Sequence record: PZ452584.1
Strand: one strand, 5' to 3'
DNA from: a phage
DNA length: 64,000 nucleotides
Part shown: piece after piece, positions 18,165-27,412 of the stretch
Layout of the letters: every line of letters begins with the position of its first letter
Numbering within the stretch: the first letter of the stretch is position 1
Position numbers and translations under genes: made by a program
Notes under the pieces: generated by a model
What the model was told of the DNA's origin: nothing
Seen by the model: the letters and a program-made list of their open reading frames with translations, nothing else
Database searches by the model: none

Positions 18165-18911
18165 TTATCCTCGGATAAGTTTAAAAATTGAACAATTTAG
18201 CGGGTATCCTCTTTTCAGTTTAAGTTTATCAATAAAAGACAAATTTTGATACCGCTCTACACCTTGAATAATTTTATCACACATATCATATTGCATTTCT
18301 GCTTCTGACAACTTTTTCACAATTTTCCAATCCGAACCTTTAAGAAGAACGTTCAGTTTAACAACTTCAGCGCCTTCTGCTATGCGAGAACCATCAATAC
18401 GAGCTTTAAGTGCTATAATTCTTAGCTTAATGTCAGAGGTCTGTTTTGATTTAGAAAGCTGAGAAATGTGTTCAATTCGGTTTTCACGTTTTTTCTGTAT
18501 AGCTTTAATTTGATTATAAGTCTTTTTGATTTTAGCCCATTTCTTTTCATCTAAATTTAGTTTATGAACTTTTTTCGCAGATGAACGACCAATTCGCAAA
18601 GCAAATAAATCACGCTTTTCAATCAACTCTTCTAAAGTATAATCAGAACGAAATGTATTATACTTTTTCTTTACTGCAATAACATTCCCTTTAATGTATC
18701 CAACGTTATTATCAAAACGTTCTAATGATAATTTCTCTCCTTCAATACGATTATCAAAAGGTTCTCCCGAGTAAGCGCAAACTTTTTGGTCTAAAATGTT
18801 CTTAATGTAATTGAAGTCTAAGTTAAAATCTTTAGAACGTCTTTTTGCAGATGCCTGAGTGTGCTCTAAACGACGTTTAATTTTACGAATTTGATTATTA
18901 GACAGTTTCAT
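18165..18911 (-). CDS. srd: Srd-like protein, 248 aa
   Basis: Position between dda and modA as in T4; early promoter upstream; identity by synteny only. Confidence 0.55.
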   Translation of the reverse strand: MKLSNNQIRKIKRRLEHTQASAKRRSKDFNLDFNYIKNILDQKVCAYSGEPFDNRIEGEKLSLERFDNNVGYIKGNVIAVKKKYNTFRSDYTLEELIEKRDLFALRIGRSSAKKVHKLNLDEKKWAKIKKTYNQIKAIQKKRENRIEHISQLSKSKQTSDIKLRIIALKARIDGSRIAEGAEVVKLNVLLKGSDWKIVKKLSEAEMQYDMCDKIIQGVERYQNLSFIDKLKLKRGYPLNCSIFKLIRG

Positions 18912-18949
18912 ATTTTTCTCACATCTTACGGACGATTTAATACTTTATT

Positions 18950-18979
18950 ACTATAACATTTTTACCTTAACTTGTAAAC
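18950..18979 (-). promoter_or_regulatory. early promoter for srd
   Basis: Minus strand GTTTAC-N18-TATAGT; approximate. Confidence 0.55.
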
Positions 18980-18991
18980 AACTTTATGTAA

Positions 18992-19016
18992 AAATGCTTT
19001 AAAAATTTCATGGTAT
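18992..19016 (+). promoter_or_regulatory. plus-strand middle-promoter-like element (MotA box plus extended -10)
   Basis: Plus strand aaaATGCTTTAaaaatttcaTGgTATAATg: TGCTTTA box 12 nt upstream of TGnTATAAT; would fire antisense into modA; approximate. Confidence 0.3.
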
Positions 19017-19036
19017 AATGAATCTAAGTCCTTCCA

Positions 19037-19639
19037 TTATAGATTAAATCCTTCAAAATCAAGAGTATAGATAGTGTATGTTGAATACTTTTTGTACTCA
19101 TATCTATCTGCAATTCTAAATACACTTCCAGCTGGTATCATTACTTCTTGTTCATCTGAAACTAATTCCATATTACGATAACGATGACTATCCGGAAACT
19201 TAAAGTTTGGATTGTATTCTTTACAGCGTAGAGCTTTTATAGCATACTCCTGGAAATTGAATACCATAGGAGCTTTGAATTCAAAAATAACTTGTGTGTT
19301 ATACTCTAAACCGGAAGCAAAATGTAGAGCTATATTTTTATCATATGAAGCTGATACGACTTTATCAAATGTAATAATATCAATTCCTTGATTTAACACT
19401 TGCTTAGTCTCGACTGGAACACCTCTCCAAAGAGGTTTATCGTTTGGGACCAAACGAGATTTGATTATTTCATTTAACCAAGAATGATCGTCTGGTTTAT
19501 TAGTAATACAATGAATTAAAAGTTCAATTTCAGATAAATTAAACCCTTCAGAAAGTAATTCTTCACGAATAGAAGCACGCACCGATGCATCCATTGATTT
19601 TATTTTAAAATCTTTTAGTTGTATTACTGAGTATTTCAT
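19037..19639 (-). CDS. modA: ModA ADP-ribosyltransferase
   Basis: 200 aa, same length and position as T4 ModA. Confidence 0.8.
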   Translation of the reverse strand: MKYSVIQLKDFKIKSMDASVRASIREELLSEGFNLSEIELLIHCITNKPDDHSWLNEIIKSRLVPNDKPLWRGVPVETKQVLNQGIDIITFDKVVSASYDKNIALHFASGLEYNTQVIFEFKAPMVFNFQEYAIKALRCKEYNPNFKFPDSHRYRNMELVSDEQEVMIPAGSVFRIADRYEYKKYSTYTIYTLDFEGFNL

Positions 19640-20259
19640 TCAACTACCTCAATATCATAAACTTTAAATGTTCCAAATGAATCGTGTAATTTTTCTTTTG
19701 AAATAGAAGTTATTCTATACTTTCCAATTGGAATCATCCATTCTTGTTCATGCACAATCATCATTAAGTTATCAGTACGCTCTGAATCTAGCCCATCAGT
19801 ATCTTCATACGTGTACTTAAACTCAGTATTAGGAGAAGAAAGTATAATATCGCTGATATGGTCAGAGTAATTAAAAGCTTTATCAGTTTTTAAACGAAGT
19901 ATTGTTTCAGTGAAATATTCAGCATAAGAAAAAGAACATGCTGTGTGCAAACTAGTAGTAAATGAATCTACCCTGTTCGTTGAAAACACTTCTCCAACTT
20001 GTAAATCTTTAATAAGTTCTTTTGTCGATTTTGATATACCACGATATAACTGATAAGGCGATTTAGTTAAATGCTTTTTAATGATTTTATTCAATTGCCG
20101 ATGAAGAGCTTCATTCTTTTTAGCTTCCATACATTGCCAAAGAATTGACTGCTCAAAGTCAGTAAATTTTTCACAGACTTTTTTATACATATCATATTGA
20201 AAATCAACGCTTTCAGCTTTTATAGATAACTGTTCAACATCTGCAGGATTAATAATCAT
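19636..20259 (-). CDS. modB: ModB ADP-ribosyltransferase
   Basis: 207 aa, same length and position as T4 ModB; overlaps modA start. Confidence 0.8.
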   Translation of the reverse strand: MIINPADVEQLSIKAESVDFQYDMYKKVCEKFTDFEQSILWQCMEAKKNEALHRQLNKIIKKHLTKSPYQLYRGISKSTKELIKDLQVGEVFSTNRVDSFTTSLHTACSFSYAEYFTETILRLKTDKAFNYSDHISDIILSSPNTEFKYTYEDTDGLDSERTDNLMMIVHEQEWMIPIGKYRITSISKEKLHDSFGTFKVYDIEVVE

Positions 20260-20284
20260 GATAGCCTCCGTATACTTCAGAAGC

Positions 20285-20315
20285 TATCATATCATCGTTA
20301 GAAAGGAAAGTAAAC
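20285..20315 (-). promoter_or_regulatory. early promoter candidate for modB
   Basis: Minus strand GTTTAC-N17-ATATGAT; approximate. Confidence 0.45.
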
Positions 20316-20326
20316 AACTTTTTGAA

Positions 20327-20509
20327 TTATTTTGCCCAGGGAGCCCAGGGCGGAGGGTCAAGATGGTATGAAGCTAGTTCTTCTAGAAGAGCATCTGGGG
20401 CTTCAATTCCATAATTCTGTAATACTATACGGTATTCTTTCTTATAATCACTAGAATCATTCTGGATATTCGTAGAATGATTATCTTCTAACATCTCAAA
20501 TAAATCCAT
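20327..20509 (-). CDS. hypothetical protein 60 aa
   Basis: ORF track; ATG with AGGAAT RBS. Confidence 0.5.
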   Translation of the reverse strand: MDLFEMLEDNHSTNIQNDSSDYKKEYRIVLQNYGIEAPDALLEELASYHLDPPPWAPWAK

Positions 20510-20517
20510 ATTAATTC

Positions 20518-20988
20518 CTAGCGATAAAAACCAAAGTGACGATTAGCTTCAACAATCTTTCTTTCTTCTTCAGACATTCTCCAGCGTAGTCCAACATCAA
20601 AATGAGCCCAGACCATCCTAACAAATGCATTTATATCTTTAATATCTTCAATAATGAATGTTTTACTTTTGGAAGGCTGACTTGCCAATTTAACTTTATC
20701 GTCTTCAAACATGTCAAAAAGACCATATTCATGAGCTCTTTTATAGCCTTTAATAGTTAAAGCTTCAGAAGAAGAAAACGGTGAATCAGTATTCTGCAAA
20801 ATATCTTCAGTATGCTTTATAATTAGAATAACATTTTCTGGATATTTTCTTTCTTTTATATCTTTAATTAAAAAATCCGGATTTTCTGCTAAAGGAATAA
20901 TTAATGAGCAGTTTTTATCAAGTGTATTTACTGATTTACCTTCTTTAGACATAAATTCTATTGAATAATGTTTTGCTACTTCAATCAT
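20518..20988 (-). CDS. hypothetical protein 156 aa
   Basis: ORF track; ATG start. Confidence 0.6.
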   Translation of the reverse strand: MIEVAKHYSIEFMSKEGKSVNTLDKNCSLIIPLAENPDFLIKDIKERKYPENVILIIKHTEDILQNTDSPFSSSEALTIKGYKRAHEYGLFDMFEDDKVKLASQPSKSKTFIIEDIKDINAFVRMVWAHFDVGLRWRMSEEERKIVEANRHFGFYR

Positions 20989-21145
20989 GGGATTTCCTTT
21001 TGCCTACTAATGGACCATCAGGAATTTTGTTTTCCTGGATATATTTCTCATTTTCTTCCATCATTTTACTACCTATTTTAAGAAGCAAATCCATTGCTTC
21101 ATTTGCTTTTGCTTTAGCCTCTTCCAATGTTATATCTTTGTTCAT
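20981..21145 (-). CDS. micro-ORF about 54 aa, charged
   Basis: ATG overlaps upstream stop (ATGA) and its stop overlaps the downstream start; read from text, approximate. Confidence 0.3.
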   Translation of the reverse strand: MNKDITLEEAKAKANEAMDLLLKIGSKMMEENEKYIQENKIPDGPLVGKRKSHD

Positions 21146-21345
21146 GATTTATCACCATAGATGTCTCTCATCAATTTAAGCGCTGAGCGTTCTAATTTCT
21201 TTTCTTTCTCAGCACTAATCATTGATTTCATCCATTCTTCCGATTCGTTCTGCATTTCTTTATTTGCCTGTTCAACCCAACCATCATCAATATACATTGA
21301 GTTTGGTCTACTGAACCATTCAAGAATCTTCTTGAGAGCTTTCAT
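21142..21345 (-). CDS. hypothetical protein 67 aa
   Basis: ORF track; ATG start. Confidence 0.5.
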   Translation of the reverse strand: MKALKKILEWFSRPNSMYIDDGWVEQANKEMQNESEEWMKSMISAEKEKKLERSALKLMRDIYGDKS

Positions 21346-21805
21346 TTATTTTACCTAAAACAATAGTAGGAGCATCGTCAAATTTATGAATTTTTAGCAA
21401 ATTTGGATTTAAATTATTCCATAAAGAGGTAATAAAATATGATAGCGCACTTTCGTCTGTAATTATAAATTTATTTCCTTTATCTATTTTCCAATCATAT
21501 ATTGAATCATATGAATAGAAGGACAATGGTTTATTATTATAATACGCTTCACTAACATCAATATAGTTAGATTTAGTAAATGCTTGAATTGACATAAATG
21601 GAGAATTTTGTACAGTTTCAATAATTCCGATCTTTTTGAGTTTTATTTCAACATCTTCTGGAACTGGCATTGAAATAAAATCTTCTACTAGATACATGTT
21701 ATTGTCATATCTTTTATCAATCATTACTGCTACGGTAATTGGAACATCCTTGACAAACGCCATACTAATACTATTGATAGACATTTCAAACAAAATTGCT
21801 TCCAT
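21320..21805 (-). CDS. hypothetical protein 161 aa
   Basis: ORF track trimmed to internal ATG (M5) preceded by GAGGAAAATT. Confidence 0.6.
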   Translation of the reverse strand: MEAILFEMSINSISMAFVKDVPITVAVMIDKRYDNNMYLVEDFISMPVPEDVEIKLKKIGIIETVQNSPFMSIQAFTKSNYIDVSEAYYNNKPLSFYSYDSIYDWKIDKGNKFIITDESALSYFITSLWNNLNPNLLKIHKFDDAPTIVLGKINESSQEDS

Positions 21806-21813
21806 AATTTTCC

Positions 21814-22146
21814 TCAATCACAAGATGTAGATGAACAACTAGAATCACAAGAACTTCCGCATGAATCACCTGCCCATATGTGAACAGGGACATTTGTATC
21901 ATATGAAGAATTAGAACTTTTAACTTCGTTAGAAGATGCAGGTACTGACCAGCGCCAAGGATTTTTATAATATTCTTGGGCTTCTTCATAAGTCATAGTG
22001 ACTGCTTCTACTGTTCCATCTCCCATATAAACATATTCAACTACAGTTAAAGGAAGGTAGTCATTTGAAATAGGAACTACACCTTCTCCAGGAGTCGTAG
22101 AGAAAAAATTCGTAAAGAAACTTTTAAACCAATTAAAGATAAACAT
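21814..22146 (-). CDS. hypothetical protein 110 aa with Cys/Ser-rich C-terminus
   Basis: ORF track; ATG start; C-terminal ...[15 protein letters not shown]. Confidence 0.55.
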   Translation of the reverse strand: MFIFNWFKSFFTNFFSTTPGEGVVPISNDYLPLTVVEYVYMGDGTVEAVTMTYEEAQEYYKNPWRWSVPASSNEVKSSNSSYDTNVPVHIWAGDSCGSSCDSSCSSTSCD

Positions 22147-22358
22147 TACAAAAAGCCTCTTTGAAATTCGACTCTTTGAAATCCATCCCAGTCAGTGTAT
22201 CGCATTTCAGCATTGAACTCGACTGAACCATCTGCATGCATCATGAATGAATGCGTGACGATATCACAATCCCAGCTTTTCATACCCCATTTATCAGAGA
22301 TAGCTTTATCAAGAACCTTCTGGAGGTCTTCATTTGGTTTAATCCAACGATTTAACAT
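22146..22358 (-). CDS. hypothetical protein 70 aa
   Basis: ORF track; ATG with AGAGGAG RBS and early promoter upstream. Confidence 0.55.
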   Translation of the reverse strand: MLNRWIKPNEDLQKVLDKAISDKWGMKSWDCDIVTHSFMMHADGSVEFNAEMRYTDWDGFQRVEFQRGFL

Positions 22359-22383
22359 GGTGTTCTCCTCTATAAGATATTTT

Positions 22384-22414
22384 TATTATACCATACTCAT
22401 TTTGGAAAGTAAAC
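22384..22414 (-). promoter_or_regulatory. early promoter for gene at 22146-22358
   Basis: Minus strand GTTTAC-N17-GTATAAT; approximate. Confidence 0.55.
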
Positions 22415-22426
22415 CATAAAATGAAA

Positions 22427-22448
22427 AAGGACTCCCGAAGGAGTCCTT
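22427..22448 (-). terminator. intrinsic terminator after soc
   Basis: AAGGACUCC-UUCG-GGAGUCCUU followed by UUUUCAUUUU on the minus strand; approximate. Confidence 0.65.
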
Positions 22449-22454
22449 GAATTA

Positions 22455-22700
22455 TTAACCACCAGTTACTTTCCACAAATCTTCGTTTGCAGCAATCCAT
22501 TCAGTACGCTGATTTTCTTCATATACAGTAGTATATGCTGCTTTTTCTGAAGGGAACGTCTGGTAATGAGCACCAGAAATTTTGTGAACGTCAGAATAAA
22601 GAGGGAAAGCTACTGAAATTTCCTTTCCTTCAATTTTCTTATTTCCATCTAATTTCTGCTCAAATGTTTTGATATTAACATAACCGCGAGTACTAGCCAT
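22455..22700 (-). CDS. soc: Soc, small outer capsid protein
   Basis: 81-aa ORF (T4 Soc is 80 aa after Met removal); sequence recognised; late promoter TATAAATA upstream, terminator downstream. Confidence 0.9.
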   Translation of the reverse strand: MASTRGYVNIKTFEQKLDGNKKIEGKEISVAFPLYSDVHKISGAHYQTFPSEKAAYTTVYEENQRTEWIAANEDLWKVTGG

Positions 22701-22730
22701 GTAATTCTCCTTTTATTTAAATTACATGAT

Positions 22731-22738
22731 TATTTATA
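22731..22738 (-). promoter_or_regulatory. late promoter TATAAATA upstream of soc
   Basis: Exact T4 late consensus TATAAATA on minus strand about 30 nt upstream of soc ATG; approximate. Confidence 0.7.
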
Positions 22739-22768
22739 ATAAATTCTCGCGGCTTTTAAGACGAGCTG

Positions 22769-23287
22769 TTAATAACCTCGGTCTTGACGAGCGAAATTTT
22801 CAGCATTTTTCAGATAATAAAGTTTAAAGATTTCTTCAGCTGTAAGACCAAGACCCTGGAACATATTCAGAACGAAATGAAGAATATCAATCATTTCAAA
22901 TTTAATTTCTAACTGGTCTTGCGGAGACAAATCAGTAATCAGAGTTTCACGACGTTCACCATGCTGCGACTTCCAAGGTTTCCATACAGCAGATGCATCT
23001 TTTTCGCCATTGCTCATACCACCAAGAGAAGTCAGAAGTTCGCGGAATTCATCATCAATATAATCTTTCTGATTACGCAGCCAATCAACAACTTCACCTG
23101 CAGTAGCCAAATCATCAGGATGACGGTTATATTCAGGTTTATCTTTAGCTAAACGAATCTGTAGAGATTTCTGCATATCAAGCATTACCTGCAGCGGGTC
23201 TTTTTCATCACCGAGAATATCCCAATATTCATTTTGAGCTTTATCAGCGCCTTCAATCAGTTGTGAACATTCATTAAAGTATGCCAT
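22769..23287 (-). CDS. 56: dCTPase/dUTPase gp56 (MazG-like NTP pyrophosphatase)
   Basis: ORF track trimmed to internal ATG (M32, MAYFNEC...), about 172 aa like T4 gp56; the listed N-terminal extension is non-coding read-through. Confidence 0.85.
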   Translation of the reverse strand: MAYFNECSQLIEGADKAQNEYWDILGDEKDPLQVMLDMQKSLQIRLAKDKPEYNRHPDDLATAGEVVDWLRNQKDYIDDEFRELLTSLGGMSNGEKDASAVWKPWKSQHGERRETLITDLSPQDQLEIKFEMIDILHFVLNMFQGLGLTAEEIFKLYYLKNAENFARQDRGY

Positions 23288-23321
23288 TATTTTTCCTTTC
23301 AATTCATGGGTTAGTAGATTA

Positions 23322-23345
23322 ATTATACAATAAATATATAAAGCA
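23322..23345 (-). promoter_or_regulatory. middle (MotA-dependent) promoter candidate for gene 56
   Basis: Minus strand TTGCTTTA (MotA box) 11 nt upstream of TATAAT; approximate. Confidence 0.5.
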
Positions 23346-23358
23346 ATAAGGAGGACAT

Positions 23359-23559
23359 ATGGTACAAAAATTAATGGCACTTGTTAATGCCATAAAAGGT
23401 AATAAAAAACGTATAGCTTTTACTATTTCTGCTATGATAGGAATTTTACTCTGGAATTTTGTTTTATCACCAATTGCTATTGCTCATGGTGTTAATATTC
23501 CAGTAATTACTCTTGATACATTCGTAGATTTAGCATTTGCTTTGGTTGGGTTAATTTAA
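23359..23559 (+). CDS. candidate small membrane protein 66 aa on the opposite strand
   Basis: Only plus-strand ORF not inside a minus-strand gene; ATG preceded by AAGGAGG at optimal spacing; two predicted TM helices; no homolog known to me. Confidence 0.3.
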   Translation: MVQKLMALVNAIKGNKKRIAFTISAMIGILLWNFVLSPIAIAHGVNIPVITLDTFVDLAFALVGLI

Positions 23560-24584
23560 ATCTTAGCATATTTAGATAGCCGCATTTTAGCCATCAACCC
23601 TTGGGCAATATTATTTTTCATATATTCCATAATTTGTTTAGGGGTTGCACCTTCCTTTCTAATCATATCATTAACATCTTTTGATTTCCAGGGAGATTTA
23701 TCCCAAAACATAACCCTTTCTCCTGCATCAACTAATTTAGTCATTCGCTTAATAGTGTCAGGGTGACGAGGTTCATTATCTAAAACCCACACTCGTCTAT
23801 CTTTAAATGGAACAACTTCTAGGTCTAATTGACCACCCGTAATAGCTATACCATTTTCAATAAAAAGTGAATCTATAGGTCCTTCTAGAACATATACATC
23901 GCCATCTTTAACTCGTTCGACTCCATATATTTTTGTTGCCTCAGGATAAGCTTTAATGGTGATATATTTTTGAGGAGCATCTTTCTTTAATGCGCGTCCT
24001 TGAAAAGACTCAGCCTTTCCGTCAGCATTATAAATTGGAATAACAAGACGAGGCTCAGAAATTTCCTTTTTATATGTTCCCGGTACTATGCTATTAACTA
24101 ATTTAGGCCATTCGGTTGTAAACCAAAGATATTTCCATTTATCCTTTGGAATACAACGAGCTTTTACATATTTTATAATTGGATGGTCTTCCGCCAGTTT
24201 ATCTAATCTAACACATGACGGAAGAGATTTAATTATTTTCTTCTCAGGTTGTTTAGGAAGTTCTTTAGGTTTTTCTACTGGACGACTTTTACCTTTTTCT
24301 TTTCTTATTTCAAAGATATACTCACGATATAAATCAGGTTCAAACTCCTTTAAATATATTCCGATTGGTGCATGATAGTTACAGTTATAACAATGAATAT
24401 TTCCTTCATTATTATCACCATAATACCATCCACGCGCTTTATTTTGGTCGGTTTTTGAATCTCCACATACTGGACATCTAAACCGCAATTTAAAAGTTGA
24501 ACTATTATTTACTTGTGTGAATTTAGGTAAATGAGCTAATGCACGATACGCAAACTCATTATCAATCCAAGGTATTGATGACAT
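23556..24584 (-). CDS. 61: DNA primase gp61
   Basis: 342 aa, same length as T4 gp61; N-terminal zinc-binding CPVCGDS...CYNC. Confidence 0.95.
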   Translation of the reverse strand: MSSIPWIDNEFAYRALAHLPKFTQVNNSSTFKLRFRCPVCGDSKTDQNKARGWYYGDNNEGNIHCYNCNYHAPIGIYLKEFEPDLYREYIFEIRKEKGKSRPVEKPKELPKQPEKKIIKSLPSCVRLDKLAEDHPIIKYVKARCIPKDKWKYLWFTTEWPKLVNSIVPGTYKKEISEPRLVIPIYNADGKAESFQGRALKKDAPQKYITIKAYPEATKIYGVERVKDGDVYVLEGPIDSLFIENGIAITGGQLDLEVVPFKDRRVWVLDNEPRHPDTIKRMTKLVDAGERVMFWDKSPWKSKDVNDMIRKEGATPKQIMEYMKNNIAQGLMAKMRLSKYAKI

Positions 24585-24586
24585 TT

Positions 24587-24751
24587 TTACTCTTCTTTTT
24601 CTTTAGATTCCTCTTTTTTCTTTTTAGGAATCTGTTCAGGACCTTTATTTACTACAGCACCTGATGTTGTTCCAGTAGAGATATTTTCAGGATTACCACC
24701 TGAATCTCCAGCAACCATATCTTCTTTGATAAATTCTTTATATGTTTTCAT
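24587..24751 (-). CDS. micro-ORF about 54 aa, Lys/Glu-rich (61.1 position)
   Basis: ATG with GAGG RBS; stop three nt before gene 61 start; read from text, approximate. Confidence 0.35.
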   Translation of the reverse strand: MKTYKEFIKEDMVAGDSGGNPENISTGTTSGAVVNKGPEQIPKKKKEESKEKEE

Positions 24752-24752
24752 A

Positions 24753-25109
24753 TTAACCTCTATTCATAAAAGCATTAAAAATTTGGTCATCAATAGATGG
24801 AATAACAACCTTTTCGGCATCATTTAGCAAATCATTAATTTCATCAGATAGCATAACACATGTACCTTTATTTCCTGTAATTGTTACTGCGCAATTACGA
24901 ACGTTTTCTTTATTAAATTTTAGGTTAATATTTTCGTAATGAAAATCCTTTAATGCTGAATATATTTTTAAAATGAAATTGTCTTTTACTACAATAAACC
25001 CAACCTCACTATTAAAACGCGGTTCATGGAAACTGTAATAAACCTTTTCATCTATAAAATCGTATGAAATTTTTTCCATTTTTAAATATGAAAATTCAGA
25101 ACTATACAT
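24753..25109 (-). CDS. hypothetical protein 118 aa
   Basis: ORF track; ATG with AGAGGT RBS. Confidence 0.6.
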   Translation of the reverse strand: MYSSEFSYLKMEKISYDFIDEKVYYSFHEPRFNSEVGFIVVKDNFILKIYSALKDFHYENINLKFNKENVRNCAVTITGNKGTCVMLSDEINDLLNDAEKVVIPSIDDQIFNAFMNRG

Positions 25110-25121
25110 ATTAACCTCTAA

Positions 25122-25415
25122 TTATTCACCTACCACTTCAGTGATGATATTTTTATTATTAAAGTTTTTATCGCAATACAAAACATAATTATACTGCATT
25201 ACACCACCAGACTTAAGCTGTTTTTGTACTTCAGCTTTCATTTCAGGGCGATCACGCTCAACGATATTCATAATATCTGCTTCAATCTGAGTTTCAACTT
25301 CAGTCTGATCCGCAGTCATAGACCATTCACACAAATCTTTATCATAACCTGCCATAGCAGGCTGAGCAGCACAAGAAGCTAAAGCAAAAATTGCAGCAAA
25401 AACAAATTTTTTCAT
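25122..25415 (-). CDS. sp: Sp (spackle), periplasmic superinfection-exclusion protein
   Basis: 97 aa with N-terminal signal peptide; position between 61 and dmd; sequence recognised. Confidence 0.75.
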   Translation of the reverse strand: MKKFVFAAIFALASCAAQPAMAGYDKDLCEWSMTADQTEVETQIEADIMNIVERDRPEMKAEVQKQLKSGGVMQYNYVLYCDKNFNNKNIITEVVGE

Positions 25416-25443
25416 GATAATCTCCTCAGTAGTTTATGTTTAT

Positions 25444-25473
25444 ATAGTATCTCAATTTCCAACAAAAGTAAAC
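25444..25473 (-). promoter_or_regulatory. early promoter for sp
   Basis: Minus strand GTTTAC-N18-TACTAT then GAGGAG RBS; approximate. Confidence 0.5.
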
Positions 25474-25475
25474 AG

Positions 25476-25733
25476 TTATTTTAAAACTTCTGCATAATCA
25501 CATGTTACAAACTGTTTCTCTAACTTGACGATTTTACGAAAGTATCTTTTGCATTGACGAATCTGTCGCTTCGTAGGGCGCACAGCAAACTTAATAAATT
25601 CCACTCGACCAAATGGAGGACTTTCTTCTGGTGGAATATCTAACACCAATTCCCACGTATCTGCAATAAGTGCTTTGAATTGCGTATTTTTCCTGACGTT
25701 ATACGGAGTAGGTTTAAATAAAACAATATGCAT
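25476..25733 (-). CDS. hypothetical basic protein 85 aa (61.4 position)
   Basis: ORF track; ATG start. Confidence 0.55.
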   Translation of the reverse strand: MHIVLFKPTPYNVRKNTQFKALIADTWELVLDIPPEESPPFGRVEFIKFAVRPTKRQIRQCKRYFRKIVKLEKQFVTCDYAEVLK

Positions 25734-25734
25734 A

Positions 25735-25917
25735 TTATCCTCGGCAATCTACTTCACATACTTGCTTGTCATCAACGAAAGCTTTAACTAATGCTTTATT
25801 AACTTCAGCATATTGAGTAGTAGCCCATTGAACGTCATCTTTCATCATTGTGATTTCTTTAGTAAACATGCTTTCATTCTTAAACCACCCCATAAAAACT
25901 ACCTTTACCAATTCCAT
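25735..25917 (-). CDS. dmd: Dmd, antitoxin against host RnlA/LsoA RNases
   Basis: 60 aa, same length as T4 Dmd; sequence recognised; immediately downstream of gene 41. Confidence 0.85.
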   Translation of the reverse strand: MELVKVVFMGWFKNESMFTKEITMMKDDVQWATTQYAEVNKALVKAFVDDKQVCEVDCRG

Positions 25918-25946
25918 AACAATCTCCTTATTTAACCAACAAGACT

Positions 25947-25976
25947 ACTATACCATAGTCTTGTCAGCTTGTAAAC
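25947..25976 (-). promoter_or_regulatory. early promoter for dmd
   Basis: Minus strand GTTTAC-N17-GTATAGT, spacer palindromic (CAAGACTA...TAGTCTTG); approximate. Confidence 0.55.
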
Positions 25977-27403
25977 TAAAATTTTAATTCATTTGCCAAA
26001 GCATCTAACTGAGCTCGAGTGGATTCATTTCTTTGATAGCGATTCTGTTCAGCTTGAATCTGTTGTGAACCTGCTACTTCACTCACTTCAGTTGGAGTAG
26101 AATCTTGTTCAATTTCTACCCATTTCTGATTTCCTTTTTGAACACCCATCAAAAACTTATTCCACTTATTCTTATCACCATATCGTGATTTGATTTGCTT
26201 AATGAGTTGTTGTTCAGCAGCTGCTAGCTCCTCGGTTTCAATGACCGCAAGCATAAAATCAGCTGTTGCTGGAAGACCAGCAGATTCTGCGATATCACTC
26301 ATGTTAACATCAGAAGAGTCCCAAGCTTGTTTACCGACCTGTGCCGCAGTCCAAAGAACAGTTTCTGTTTCAACAGCCAAAGCACGCAATTCCTCTGCAA
26401 TAGCTTTAACAGTTGTATAACTATTTTCTGAATAAACTCTAATGCGGCAAGATTTACAAATACCTAGATAGTCGACAATAATGATTGTTGGAACAAAATT
26501 CTTTTTGAGCTTCAATTCATTCAAGAGAGACCTGAATGTATTAGCGTCTGCTCCACCAGTAGGATACTGTTTAACGATTAAACGACCGAGAGTAGATTTC
26601 TCACGCCATTTTTCCATTTTTCCTTTATACTCAGCGTAAGAAATATGCCCATCATCAATGTCATCAAGAGAAACATCGAGCATATTAGCGTCAATACGTT
26701 TAGCACAGACTTCTTCTGCCATTTCCATGGAGATATAAAGAACGTTATGTCCGAGCTGTAAATAATCTGCTGCTAATGAACAAAGTCCTAATGATTTACC
26801 AACGTTAACGCCAGCCATTAAAACGTTCAGTGTTCCAGTCTCAGCTCCGCCTTTAGTAATTTTGTTTAGAATTCTGAGTTTAAATGGAACCTTACGAGCT
26901 TTATTCATATAAGATAGCCAACGTGCTTCATAGTCATCCATCCAATCATGGCCAACGTAGCTATCAAATGAAATTGATAATGCTTGGCGCATGATGTCAG
27001 GAATAGCACCTACATCTGGCATTTTCTTATTTCGTTTTTCCGGAGGAAGCTCAGCATTAGTTTGAATTTCGATTATTTTAGAAGTAGCATTAAACATCGC
27101 CCTTTGCTGAACATATTTTTCTGTTTCTTTTACTAACCAACTGTGGTCTTCTGGAGAATCGGCTAGTTTTGAAATAAGTGTTTTTACACCAGAATATTCC
27201 GTTTCAGTAAATGAACTATTTTCTAATGCAACATTTAACGCATTAATAGATGGAACGCTATGATACTCATTAACATGAGATTTAATTAATTTGAACGTAT
27301 TTTTAGCTGGACCACTTTCAAAATATTCTGAATCCATATATGGCCAAACTTTTGAAAAATAAGCTTGATCAAATATGAGATGAGAAAGAATAATTTCTAC
27401 CAC
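25976..27403 (-). CDS. 41: replicative DNA helicase gp41 (DnaB-like)
   Basis: 475 aa, same length as T4 gp41; Walker A GVNVGKS. Confidence 0.95.
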   Translation of the reverse strand: MVEIILSHLIFDQAYFSKVWPYMDSEYFESGPAKNTFKLIKSHVNEYHSVPSINALNVALENSSFTETEYSGVKTLISKLADSPEDHSWLVKETEKYVQQRAMFNATSKIIEIQTNAELPPEKRNKKMPDVGAIPDIMRQALSISFDSYVGHDWMDDYEARWLSYMNKARKVPFKLRILNKITKGGAETGTLNVLMAGVNVGKSLGLCSLAADYLQLGHNVLYISMEMAEEVCAKRIDANMLDVSLDDIDDGHISYAEYKGKMEKWREKSTLGRLIVKQYPTGGADANTFRSLLNELKLKKNFVPTIIIVDYLGICKSCRIRVYSENSYTTVKAIAEELRALAVETETVLWTAAQVGKQAWDSSDVNMSDIAESAGLPATADFMLAVIETEELAAAEQQLIKQIKSRYGDKNKWNKFLMGVQKGNQKWVEIEQDSTPTEVSEVAGSQQIQAEQNRYQRNESTRAQLDALANELKF

Positions 27404-27412
27404 ACTTACTCC

